From: Myxococcota bacterium
GTDB taxonomy: Bacteria > Myxococcota_A > UBA796 > GCA-2862545
Direction: 5' to 3'
DNA length: 33,922 nt
NCBI GenBank assembly: GCA_039208735.1
Contig: JBCCQY010000101.1
Location: 1 to 33,922 of the forward strand
Each line of letters begins with the position of its first letter. The stretch's first letter is position 1. Below are positions 18,025 through 27,205 of the stretch, one piece after another. Made by a program: the position numbers and the translations under genes. The notes below the pieces were generated by a model that saw nothing but the letters and a program-made list of their open reading frames with translations, was not told the DNA's origin and searched no databases.

Positions 18025-18713
18025 GCCTCATCGAACTTCGCGAGGTGTCCCGCGTGTACGGACGCGATGAAGGTGCGGTACGAGCCTTGGACGGCATCGA
18101 CGTGAATGTCGACCATGGGGAGCTGGTCGCGTTGATGGGGCCCAGCGGATCGGGCAAATCCACCGCCCTCAACGTGCTGGGCTGCCTCGACGTCCCCACC
18201 CACGGCTCGTACCGATTCAAAGGGATCGAAACCACCACCCTCGACCGCCACCGCAGGGCTCGGCTTCGGCGCGCCTGGATCGGATTCGTGTTCCAAGGCT
18301 TCAACCTTCTGGATCGAAGCACTGCACTCGAGAACGTAGAGCTTCCGTTGCTCTATCGAGGGGTGGGCATTGCCGAACGCCGGCGGCGCGCCCTCATGGC
18401 GCTGGACCAAGTGGGCCTCGCCGACCGCCAAAGCCACCTTCCAAGCGAGTTGTCAGGGGGGCAACAGCAGCGGGTCGCCATCGCCCGCGCGTTGGTGACC
18501 CGCCCCGAAGTGCTGTTCGCCGATGAACCCACCGGGAATCTCGATACCCAGCGCAGCCACGAGGTGATGGATCTGCTCGCCGAACTGCATCGATCCGGCC
18601 AGACCATCCTGCTGGTGACCCATGAGCCCGAGATGGCCGCCTATGCGGAACGCATCCTCCACTTTCGCGATGGGAACATCGTTAACGACGAAAACCTCGC
18701 GAGGACGGCCTGA
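18021..18713 (+). CDS. ABC ATPase, MacB/LolD type
   Basis: Walker A GPSGSGKST, signature LSGGQQQRVAIARAL, Walker B FADEPTGNLD, VTH. ATGA coupling to the upstream gene. Confidence 0.96.
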   Translation: MSLIELREVSRVYGRDEGAVRALDGIDVNVDHGELVALMGPSGSGKSTALNVLGCLDVPTHGSYRFKGIETTTLDRHRRARLRRAWIGFVFQGFNLLDRSTALENVELPLLYRGVGIAERRRRALMALDQVGLADRQSHLPSELSGGQQQRVAIARALVTRPEVLFADEPTGNLDTQRSHEVMDLLAELHRSGQTILLVTHEPEMAAYAERILHFRDGNIVNDENLARTA

Positions 18714-19924
18714 TGGCGCGGCTCGCGAACGCCGTCGGGCTGGCGCTTACCCAACTCCGCCGAAACTGGACGCGCTCGTTGCTCACGTCGCTTGGGGTGC
18801 TCATTGGCGTGGCTGCGGTCATCGCAATGGTGGGGCTGGGACAGGGCGCTAGGGCATCCATCGAAGACGACCTCTCGGACATGGGCACCAACTTGCTCAT
18901 GATCGAGTCGGGAACCGGCGGAGGCCCCCAAGCGCGCTCCCCGGCCCCCCCGTTCGACCTCAACGACATCCGGGCACTCGAGCGCCAGGTGCCCTACATC
19001 CGCGCGGTTGCCCCGATGGTTTCGAGCCGCGCCACGGCGCAAAGCGGAGGAATCGAGTGGAACACCAAGGTCCAGGGCTCCACCCGAGGCTTCTTGGTGG
19101 CCCGCGACTGGGATGTGGCCGTGGGCCGCGGCTTTACGGACGGTGAAGAGCGGACCGGCGCGGCGGTTTGCGTGCTTGGAGCCACGGTCCACCAGGCGTT
19201 GTTCGAAGGCCTCGACCCGCTGGGTGCCCAGGTGCGGTTTGGCGCAGTGAGCTGCGACGTCATCGGCGTGCTCGATGCCAAAGGAACGAACACGATGGGC
19301 ATGGACCAAGATGACTTGATCTTCGTGCCGCTAAGCCTGGTCCAACGCCGGTTGATTGGAACCACCGACCTGGCTTCGATTCTGGTATCGATCGACGATG
19401 TGGCCCATGTCGACGTTGCGCGCGGCTCGATGGATCAGTTGCTTCGCAGTCGGCGACACGTCACGAGCGACGAGACCGTCAACTTCCAGATCCGCGACAC
19501 GCGGCGAATGGCCTCGATGGTGCGGGGAGTGACGAACACACTCACCGCCTTTCTGGCTGCGATTGCCAGTGTGAGCCTGCTGGTGGGCGGCATCGGCATC
19601 ATGAACATCATGCTGGTCTCAGTGACGGAGCGAACCCGCGAAATCGGCATTCGCATGTCGATCGGCGCCCTCGAGGGCGACGTGATGATGCAGTTCTTGG
19701 TCGAGGCAGTGGTGCTCTCGCTGTTCGGCGGGGGCCTGGGGGTGGGCCTGGGGATTGTGGCGACCGCGGCGTTGGCGACGGCCTTGGCGGTGCCCATCGT
19801 GGTCGATCCGGCCATCGTCGCCCTGTCGCTCACGGTCTCGGCGGTCCTTGGGGTGGTGTTCGGATGGTGGCCCGCCCGGCGCGCCGCACGACTCGAACCC
19901 ATCGATGCCCTTCGTCACACCTGA
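18713..19924 (+). CDS. MacB/FtsX-type ABC permease
   Basis: RSLLTSLGVLIGVAAVIAM, SLLVGGIGIMNIMLVSVTERTREIGIR, PARRAARLEPIDALR. Confidence 0.96.
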   Translation: MARLANAVGLALTQLRRNWTRSLLTSLGVLIGVAAVIAMVGLGQGARASIEDDLSDMGTNLLMIESGTGGGPQARSPAPPFDLNDIRALERQVPYIRAVAPMVSSRATAQSGGIEWNTKVQGSTRGFLVARDWDVAVGRGFTDGEERTGAAVCVLGATVHQALFEGLDPLGAQVRFGAVSCDVIGVLDAKGTNTMGMDQDDLIFVPLSLVQRRLIGTTDLASILVSIDDVAHVDVARGSMDQLLRSRRHVTSDETVNFQIRDTRRMASMVRGVTNTLTAFLAAIASVSLLVGGIGIMNIMLVSVTERTREIGIRMSIGALEGDVMMQFLVEAVVLSLFGGGLGVGLGIVATAALATALAVPIVVDPAIVALSLTVSAVLGVVFGWWPARRAARLEPIDALRHT

Positions 19925-19988
19925 TTTGCACAACCAGACGTGCCGACAGCTATGGTCTCCGTCGGTGACGTCGCTGCGTTTGGAGGTC

Positions 19989-21344
19989 ATGGTGCTGCGT
20001 GCAAGTTGTCTGTGGTTGCTGGGCATCGCGTGTACGCCCCCCGAAGATGTGGTCGACGACCTCTCGAAACCGACCCCCACCCTACCGACCGAGACCACTC
20101 TGTCGCCTCTCCCCAAGGCCGATCCGGACCCCGATCCCAAGCCCAACGCTCCGACGGCCACCGGAGACTGTGAAGCCACGGACCATCCGTTGGTGTTCCG
20201 ATGCCGTTTCGAGATGTCGGAAAAGGCCCCCCTCCGGCTGACCGTGACCTCGCCAACCGCGACGGAGCGAACCTTCGAGCGCCCGGCCGCCGTGACGCAC
20301 GAGCTGCTTGCATGGGGACTTGAAGCCGACACCACCTACACCTGGACCGTGTCGAACGCGACAGGTTCGCTGACCACGGGATTGCTTCCCACCGAACTCA
20401 ACCCCCTCACCGTGGATGTGCAGGGGACGTTGTTCGGCACCGATGCGGTGCTGGTCTACGTGGGGTGCGGGTACTTCTTGATGATCGAGAGCGATGGCGA
20501 TGTGGTGTGGTTCGGGGAGACCGACGTCTACGACTTCCTCGCCGACGGAATGATGTGGTCGCAAGAGACCCGCACGGTCCTCGCGTTGCGCGACAGCACG
20601 ATGTCGTTCAACGAGCCCAGCAAGTACGAAGAGATCGACCTCCTCGGTCAGACCCTGCTCGAGCTGAACGAGGGCGTCGACTTCGACGCTCGACTCACCC
20701 ACGACATAGGCCGTTGGCAAGGGTACACCTACCTCCTCGCCGAAGATCAGTCCCGGGGAGGCGGATTCCTGGTCTACGATGGCCCGACGTTCTTGGGACA
20801 ATGGTCGCTGTTGGACGACTTCGTGACGGGAAACTCCCACGTGAACGGGCTCACCGTGAGCACTACGGGCGAGGTGGTGATTTCCGACCTGACCTCCGAC
20901 ACCATCGTCGCGGTCGACGGAGACCCCGCATCGCCCACATTCCTCAAACGGCTGTGGCACGCTTCGGGGGGCACCGGTTCGAACCTGCCCGACCCCGACT
21001 ATGAGCCGGTCTCCGGCATCCTGTTCGACGGCCAGCATAATGCGAGTCGACACGGCGATGAACTGTGGGTGTTCGACAACCGAAGCCAGGGCGATTCTCG
21101 TGCGCTGCGCATGGCGATGGACCACGTCAACGGCAAGCTCACCGAGATCGACAGTTGGTCGATGAACCGGCGTTGCAACAACCAGGGCGGCGCGATGCCC
21201 CTCCCTGGCGGGGTACTTGCGACCTGTGCCAATACCGGCCGAGTGCTCGCCTTCGCGGACGGCTCTAACGAGGCCGAATGGGCGATGCTCGCCGAGTGTC
21301 AGGGGGCCGGAATGACGCGTGCCTTCCCGGTCACCATCAATTGA
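19989..21344 (+). CDS. Arylsulfotransferase (ASST)-like lipoprotein with N-terminal Ig/Fn3-like domain
   Basis: TGGAGG SD; lipobox LGIAC; Pro/Thr linker; GLEADTTYTWTV; motifs THD, SHVNGL, GQHNA, WVFDN. Confidence 0.7.
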   Translation: MVLRASCLWLLGIACTPPEDVVDDLSKPTPTLPTETTLSPLPKADPDPDPKPNAPTATGDCEATDHPLVFRCRFEMSEKAPLRLTVTSPTATERTFERPAAVTHELLAWGLEADTTYTWTVSNATGSLTTGLLPTELNPLTVDVQGTLFGTDAVLVYVGCGYFLMIESDGDVVWFGETDVYDFLADGMMWSQETRTVLALRDSTMSFNEPSKYEEIDLLGQTLLELNEGVDFDARLTHDIGRWQGYTYLLAEDQSRGGGFLVYDGPTFLGQWSLLDDFVTGNSHVNGLTVSTTGEVVISDLTSDTIVAVDGDPASPTFLKRLWHASGGTGSNLPDPDYEPVSGILFDGQHNASRHGDELWVFDNRSQGDSRALRMAMDHVNGKLTEIDSWSMNRRCNNQGGAMPLPGGVLATCANTGRVLAFADGSNEAEWAMLAECQGAGMTRAFPVTIN

Positions 21345-22934
21345 TCACGACGGATCGAGCACGGGAGCGAGCGTCTCGAGCCGCTCCGCGACCACAGGGC
21401 AGTACTTCGCATTCGCGAAGATGGCGCACGGGCTGATCGCTTCCGCCCGGAATGCCATGTCATGGACGCTGTCGTATTGGACTTCCCAGAGTTTTTCGCC
21501 CGTCGTCGGATCGACTTCGACAAATGACGTCCGATCGCCAGGCGTGGGGGTTGCTGCCTCGATGTGGCCCATGGCGATGAGCACGCGTTCACCGGAGGTG
21601 TAGTCCACGCCGCCAAGGCTCGTCTCGTACCATTGGGGCTCCGTCCAATCCCACAGTTTCGTGGCCGTCATGGTGGACTCATCCAGGCGGTACTCCACCG
21701 CGCGGCTGAAGCCTCGTTGGTTGCCGTTGTCGTAGACCAACAGACGGTCATCGCGCCGTTGCAATCCATGCTGACACTGGGGATATTCGGAGTCCGGCAA
21801 TGCGTTGCCGTCGGTATCAACCAGGTCAAAGTCACCGTTTCGGCCAAATGTCCAACGCCAATCGCCGCTGGGCACGTCCACCGCCACGGTCCATCCTTGC
21901 GTGCACAGGCTGACGTACATGACGTCCTGGCCGTCCACGTCCACGATGTCGACCCAGTTGGCGTGGTACGCATCGCCGCCCCCGCCGGGCAGGTTCCCCT
22001 CGTCAAAAGGACGCTGACTCGACCAATCGAACGTCACCTCGTCGGTTTCGGGATCGACGATGCGCACGCCAAATCCGCGGAACGTCCCGCCTCCCGGACG
22101 CTGGATCACCGGTTCTTCCAACGTGAGGAACTGACCGTCGGACAACTCCCTTGCATCGTGGTGAAACCACGTGGCGTTGAGATCGCCTAGGGCCACGGCC
22201 GAATCGTAGCGAACATCGGAGCCAAACAGCTCGATCTGCTGGGGGCGTCCGTTGTGATTGGGAGGCCAACCTCCCCCGATGGTGAACGCTTGGCTCGTGG
22301 GAGACCAGTTGACCGCCGAACCTCCGACACCACCCCCTGCGTTGGCTGCGGCCCGCCACCGAACCTGGGCATCCCGGTCCACCACCAATCGACGCTGTCC
22401 GTTCCAACCATCATTGCGCTGATGATTTGTGAGCACATAGTCGCGGCCGGCCGACGCTTGGTGAACCTCGAGGTTCATCTGTGGTAGGTCCGAATTCGAT
22501 TCATCACCGGTTTGTAGAGTTAGAACCGTCGGCACCTCCGTCGTCGTGGGGCAAACGGGGGCCACCGTGCAGGTGTAGGTGGACGACGCGAGCAGTCCCG
22601 CAAGCCTCAGGGTGTGGTCCAGTTGCGCCTCGACGCCTTCCACCAAGTGAACCTCGGTGTCATCACCGTCAAGCGCGCAGGCGACGGCAAGAGCGGCCGA
22701 CGACGACAATGAGACGGTGAAGCGAGCCTCGTGCTCGGACCACGGCTGTTCGACCATCGCACTCTCGACGACGAGTCCGGCCTCAGACTCACAGGGCTTT
22801 GGTCCCTTCGTCACCACGCTGGTCCCGGTGTCAACCGGCGGCGCCGAGGGGTCCGATGGGTCGCCTGTGACGTCCATCTCATCGGTCCCCCCTCCGCATG
22901 CGACTAAAGACCACCACACGAGGCTGCGCATCAT
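21345..22934 (-). CDS. Arylsulfotransferase (ASST)-like lipoprotein with N-terminal Ig/Fn3-like domain
   Basis: CGGAGGA SD (start 22934 or 22931); lipobox LVAC; GLLASSTYTCTV; motifs FHHD, DAYHANWV, CQHGL, VYDNG, SRAVEYRLD. Confidence 0.78.
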   Translation of the reverse strand: MMRSLVWWSLVACGGGTDEMDVTGDPSDPSAPPVDTGTSVVTKGPKPCESEAGLVVESAMVEQPWSEHEARFTVSLSSSAALAVACALDGDDTEVHLVEGVEAQLDHTLRLAGLLASSTYTCTVAPVCPTTTEVPTVLTLQTGDESNSDLPQMNLEVHQASAGRDYVLTNHQRNDGWNGQRRLVVDRDAQVRWRAAANAGGGVGGSAVNWSPTSQAFTIGGGWPPNHNGRPQQIELFGSDVRYDSAVALGDLNATWFHHDARELSDGQFLTLEEPVIQRPGGGTFRGFGVRIVDPETDEVTFDWSSQRPFDEGNLPGGGGDAYHANWVDIVDVDGQDVMYVSLCTQGWTVAVDVPSGDWRWTFGRNGDFDLVDTDGNALPDSEYPQCQHGLQRRDDRLLVYDNGNQRGFSRAVEYRLDESTMTATKLWDWTEPQWYETSLGGVDYTSGERVLIAMGHIEAATPTPGDRTSFVEVDPTTGEKLWEVQYDSVHDMAFRAEAISPCAIFANAKYCPVVAERLETLAPVLDPS

Positions 22935-23033
22935 TTCCTCCGACGAACCCGGGAGGTAGCCGTACGAAGGCGCCAGCACCACCGGGTCGTAACGACCGTG
23001 ATGCCGCGAGCCGCACAGGATCTGACGGAGGCG

Positions 23034-23459
23034 CTATCTAGTGGGGGTGCGAATCCGGAAGATGACCTCGGTCGCAACGACCTGGTCGGCATCTACGCCA
23101 TCGGGAAGCGGGAAGTTGGGCATCACGACGTCGGTAAGGTCGCCCGTCGTCTCATCGTAGATGTGGCCGTGGGGCCGGACGTGCGTGTCGAAGTAGGTCT
23201 TGTCCGCGTCGACCCGGACCTCATGCAGCAAGCCGGCTTGGACGAACTGGCCGAGCGTGTTGTAGACCGTGGCGAGCGAAACGCCGAGCCCCGCTTGCAC
23301 GGCCTCGAGGTAGAGTTCGCTGGCGACCACATGACGGTCATGACCACCAAACAACAACCTGGCCAGTCCCATTCGTTGCGTCGTGGCCCGAACTCCGGCT
23401 TCTTCGAGGAGGCGCCGCAGTGCGCTTTCGTCCGTGAGATGTCGACCCGTCGGTTCCAT
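23034..23459 (-). CDS. Fur-family regulator, Irr/PerR-like
   Basis: GVRATTQR, RHVVASELY, VSLATVYNTLGQFVQAGLL, YFDTHVRPHGHIYDE. No CxxC zinc site. Confidence 0.88.
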   Translation of the reverse strand: MEPTGRHLTDESALRRLLEEAGVRATTQRMGLARLLFGGHDRHVVASELYLEAVQAGLGVSLATVYNTLGQFVQAGLLHEVRVDADKTYFDTHVRPHGHIYDETTGDLTDVVMPNFPLPDGVDADQVVATEVIFRIRTPTR

Positions 23460-23579
23460 CAGCTTGCGCTCGCAGGGTTCTTCACTTCGCGTGGTTACGG
23501 CTACACCCGTTCAACGTCTTCCGTAACGTGTCCGGGTGCCGCTCGGCGAGCTGCGGAGCTTCGCCAACGGCACTGCAGG

Positions 23580-25031
23580 CTACGGCAGAGGCCGTTCGAG
23601 CCATTCCTCGATCACCGTGCGTTCGGGCTCACCGAAGTTGGGGTCTTGCGGCGGCATGTCTTGCAGGTCCACCACACGTGCCTCGATGTTCGCGAGTCGG
23701 TCCTGCCACGCCTCAAGGGTCGTCAAATCGGTACTGATGCCGTCCACCCCGTGACATCCGGCGCAATGCCGATCGAAGATGGGCTTCACATCGACGGCCC
23801 AGCTGCGTTCTCCGGGGAGGCGTAGCTTGTGGACGGACAGGGTGCGCGTCACGGTGCTCTCGCCACGGGTGGCCTCCAACGTGAAGCGGGTCGTCGGATC
23901 GGTCGGGAAGGCGCCACTCGCCGACCATCCACCCTCGGGTGTCTCGACGAGCGGAACGACAGCGCCATTGGCCGAGACAGCCAAGGACCACCCCGTCTCC
24001 TTGCCCAACTCGGGACTCACCACCTCGGCCGTGAAGGTGTACAACTCGTCTCGGGTGGCCTGATTGGGACGAAGCCCATCGACACGGATCGCAGGCCCAT
24101 CGGCGTGGTGGCAAAGCTGGCCTTCTTCGACAACCCAAACGCCATGGGCGTGGGCCACCACATCGACCACCGGCCGCTTCGGATCCACCGCAAGGCGTGC
24201 GAACGCACCGTCGCGAACGCGAAGCACGCTCGAGGAACCGGCCACGTAGAGCGTGTCACCGCCGCCCTCAACGCGCTCAAGGCTCTCGGGACCCTGCAGT
24301 GCGTAGCCGGTCCAGCGCTCTGGCGCACCCACCCATAACGTACCGCCCGTCAGCAAAATCCCCAGATCTTCATCGGCCGCCGCCCCATCGACCCAGCCTG
24401 CGAAGCCTTCGAAGAACTCGGCCCGGTCTGCATCAACGCGCCACAGCAGGCCATCGTCCGACAGGCCCCAGGTGATTCCGTCGGCCCCCTGACACTGCCC
24501 GTCCCGATCGAGAAGCTGCGCGAGCGGTGCATCCCCGGTGGGCTCCCAGAGGTACCATGCGTCGTCTTGCTGTTCGACCCATTGGCCGTCAGAAACAAGG
24601 ATTCCATTTGTTTCAAGTTCGCCACACCACGGAATGCGCTCATCGATCGAAATGGGGGGTTCTGACAACCGAACGCGAGGACCACCGTCGGGCAGGCGCC
24701 ATACCGTTCCACCCGCCACAAACGTGGCATCGTCATCGGACCACGCCCGCATTTGCTGAATTGGCGGAAGTTCGAGGGTTCGCGTCACCGACGTACCGTC
24801 GCCGAATGGATCAATAATACGGAATTGTGGATTGCCTTCCCCCTCCGTGACCAACCACGCGTGGCCCTCAGGGGAGATCGCGCCAATTCGCTCGCCAGAA
24901 CCCAGAGAAACACACTGTTCAGTGGTCTCGACGGTGGGGACGGATGCCAGGTCGACGGGTTGGAGTTCGGCGGGCACAATGAAGCTCGTCAGCCCGCATC
25001 CCGCGAAGAGTACCCAGATGAACGATGACAT
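23580..25031 (-). CDS. Lipoprotein with a beta-rich (propeller-like plus Ig-like) body and a C-terminal monoheme cytochrome c domain
   Basis: AAGGA SD before ATG 25031; lipobox FAGC. SWAVDVKPIFDRHCAGCHG (CxxCH at 23751-23765), then DMPP and IEEW. Confidence 0.75.
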   Translation of the reverse strand: MSSFIWVLFAGCGLTSFIVPAELQPVDLASVPTVETTEQCVSLGSGERIGAISPEGHAWLVTEGEGNPQFRIIDPFGDGTSVTRTLELPPIQQMRAWSDDDATFVAGGTVWRLPDGGPRVRLSEPPISIDERIPWCGELETNGILVSDGQWVEQQDDAWYLWEPTGDAPLAQLLDRDGQCQGADGITWGLSDDGLLWRVDADRAEFFEGFAGWVDGAAADEDLGILLTGGTLWVGAPERWTGYALQGPESLERVEGGGDTLYVAGSSSVLRVRDGAFARLAVDPKRPVVDVVAHAHGVWVVEEGQLCHHADGPAIRVDGLRPNQATRDELYTFTAEVVSPELGKETGWSLAVSANGAVVPLVETPEGGWSASGAFPTDPTTRFTLEATRGESTVTRTLSVHKLRLPGERSWAVDVKPIFDRHCAGCHGVDGISTDLTTLEAWQDRLANIEARVVDLQDMPPQDPNFGEPERTVIEEWLERPLP

Positions 25032-25161
25032 ACGGATCCTTTTTGGCGATGGCGCGCGTCTTAACGAATTTACGAGTTCTCGTTCCATCATGAACGGTCA
25101 CAACCGCCTTGGCAGCAACGAGAGTCCAAGGGTACACTCGCCGCCGACCTGGGGGAACGAC

Positions 25162-27198
25162 GTGCATCGAAACTCACATCGATGGCCCAAACTTAGGCGA
25201 AACTGGTTCGCCACGTTTGTGCTAGGTCTCGCAGCTTGCAACCCAACATTGGTACGGGTCGACGAGCAACCAACCACCGAAGATCCGTCGGCTGAGCAAG
25301 AAGTTGAGTCCGAACCAAAGGGCGAAACGGCTCCGTGTCTACCGGACGAGGAAGTCTCCGCTGACGCTTATTTGCGTCGGGTGAAGAATCTCCTCACTGG
25401 CGATGCGCCAACCGACGCAGAAGTCCAAGGGATTCTCAAGGACCCGTCGGTATTGGCAAATTACATCAGCCAATGGCAACAGACGGATGCCTTTCGCTCG
25501 AAACTCACCGAGTTCTTCCGCAAATCCTTGCAGCAGCAACCCGCCGATGACAACCTCGGCCGCCAGCTGCACGGCAATGACAATGACAACAACATCCCGA
25601 ACGAGCTCGAAACGGCCCTCGAAAACGCCTTCGTCCGGACCGCGGTGCGCATCGCGACCAACGACGAGCCGTTCACGAACATCGCCACGACGCGCACCTG
25701 GGAACTCAACACCGCGTTGATGAGTTGGTTCCTCGCGGTGGACCGCAATCCCGATCAGCTCGAAGACTACAAGTTCTACACCGAGCCGGTCACCCGCAAC
25801 GGCATCGACTTCGACGCCAACACGCCGCTAGGTGTGCAGTTCGAGAACCTCACGTTCCATGTGGCGGGTCTCGAGGCAGGCTGTGCCCAGCCGTTCGGCT
25901 TCCAGGACGCCGACGACAACATCCGAGGCCGCCGCCTGTTGAACCTCACGGTTCGCGAGATGTTGGACCCGACAGATGAACTGGATGACGACGAGTGCGA
26001 TCTTGTCGTGGGGCTCTTCAACCAGGGCGACTACGACGATTGGCGCGCGGTGACGATGCAGCCGCTGGGCTCGGATCGGCCCCTCGACTTCTTTGAGGTC
26101 GACACGCTGCGCACCAGCAACACGCTTAGCTTGCGGCTGCCTCGTACGGGCTTCTTCATGGCGCCCGCGTTTCTCGCCATGTGGGAGACGAACGACGACA
26201 ACAGCTTCCGCGTGACCACCAACCAGGCCCTGATCGCCGGTTTGGGGATTCAGTTCGACTCTGAGGATGTCACGACGCCGCTGGGCGATGATGGTCTGGC
26301 CGACGCGCACGCAGCCCCTGGCACCGCCTGCTACGGCTGCCACAAGAACCTCGACCCCATGCGGAACTACTTCAAAAACGACCTCACATCGCCGTTTTAC
26401 TCGGTCGTCGATCCGGACGATCTCGACGACGACTACGTCTACGAAGAGGCTTCATTCAGCTTCCAAGGGCACTCGGGGTCGGATGCGGGCGGAGAGACCC
26501 TCGACGACTTTGGGCATCACCTCGCGGTGCACCCCGAATTCGCAGCCGGCTGGACCCAGAAGCTCTGCTTCTTCGCCAACAGCATGAAATGCGACGAAGA
26601 CGACCCTGAATTTGCCAGGGTGGTGAAGGCCTTTTCGGCCTCAGGTTACGACTTCGCGACGCTGGTCCGCGAGCTCTTCGCATCGCCCCTCGTGACCCGT
26701 GCCTCGTGCGCCGACGGCTATGAGCGCCAGTTCGCCCCGACTTCGATGGCCCGCCGCGACCACCTCTGTGCGGCCCTGTCGGAGCGGCTCCAGATTCCGG
26801 GCGTTTGTGAAAACCGAGGTTCGCGAGCCCGCGACCTTGCGGACTCCATTCCCGAAGACGTGTGGCCCCGTGGGCGCGAGACGCCCGAGCAGCCGACCGA
26901 GCCGTCGTTGGTTTACGCGGCCACCGTCGATGCGCTGTGCAACGCGGTGAGCAACAACGTCGTCAATCGCGGCGAATCGCCAATTACCACGAGCGACGTG
27001 GAAGGCTCGCTCGAGTTCATGGTCAGCAACCTGATGGCCCTGCCGCCTTCCGATCCGCTCCATGCGCCCGTCCTCGAACGCCTCCAGGCCGTGATCTCCG
27101 ATGCCGAGAAGGCCGGAGTCAACAACGCCCGTGACCGTTTGCGGGCGGCGTTCCAAGTCGCGTGCAGCTCTCCTTTCGTCACCACCGTCGACCTGTGA
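25162..27198 (+). CDS. CxxCH lipoprotein related to the DUF1585/1588/1592 (planctomycete/myxobacterial cytochrome-like) group
   Basis: GTG start behind GGGGG; lipobox LAAC. YLRRVKNLLTG, NSFRVTTNQAL, CYGCHKNLDPMR (26329), WTQKLC, LVRELFASP. Lies directly upstream of a Tat DUF1501 gene. Confidence 0.7.
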   Translation: MHRNSHRWPKLRRNWFATFVLGLAACNPTLVRVDEQPTTEDPSAEQEVESEPKGETAPCLPDEEVSADAYLRRVKNLLTGDAPTDAEVQGILKDPSVLANYISQWQQTDAFRSKLTEFFRKSLQQQPADDNLGRQLHGNDNDNNIPNELETALENAFVRTAVRIATNDEPFTNIATTRTWELNTALMSWFLAVDRNPDQLEDYKFYTEPVTRNGIDFDANTPLGVQFENLTFHVAGLEAGCAQPFGFQDADDNIRGRRLLNLTVREMLDPTDELDDDECDLVVGLFNQGDYDDWRAVTMQPLGSDRPLDFFEVDTLRTSNTLSLRLPRTGFFMAPAFLAMWETNDDNSFRVTTNQALIAGLGIQFDSEDVTTPLGDDGLADAHAAPGTACYGCHKNLDPMRNYFKNDLTSPFYSVVDPDDLDDDYVYEEASFSFQGHSGSDAGGETLDDFGHHLAVHPEFAAGWTQKLCFFANSMKCDEDDPEFARVVKAFSASGYDFATLVRELFASPLVTRASCADGYERQFAPTSMARRDHLCAALSERLQIPGVCENRGSRARDLADSIPEDVWPRGRETPEQPTEPSLVYAATVDALCNAVSNNVVNRGESPITTSDVEGSLEFMVSNLMALPPSDPLHAPVLERLQAVISDAEKAGVNNARDRLRAAFQVACSSPFVTTVDL

Positions 27199-27205
27199 GG
27201 ATCCG

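Noticed and set aside
20082..21125. Long antisense or alternate-frame ORFs (e.g. 20082-21125, 27179-28342, 12474-13340, 22998-23825, 33051-33827)
   Set aside because: These are shadow ORFs expected opposite real genes in high-GC DNA, and they have no recognisable motifs.
24600..25520. Lower-GC patch as foreign DNA, or an Irr ICE/Fur box near 25060-25085
   Set aside because: It covers a divergent promoter and two 5' gene ends, where lower GC is normal. The dyad ACGAG-TT-CTCGT does not match TTTAGAA-N3-TTCTAAA or the Fur box.
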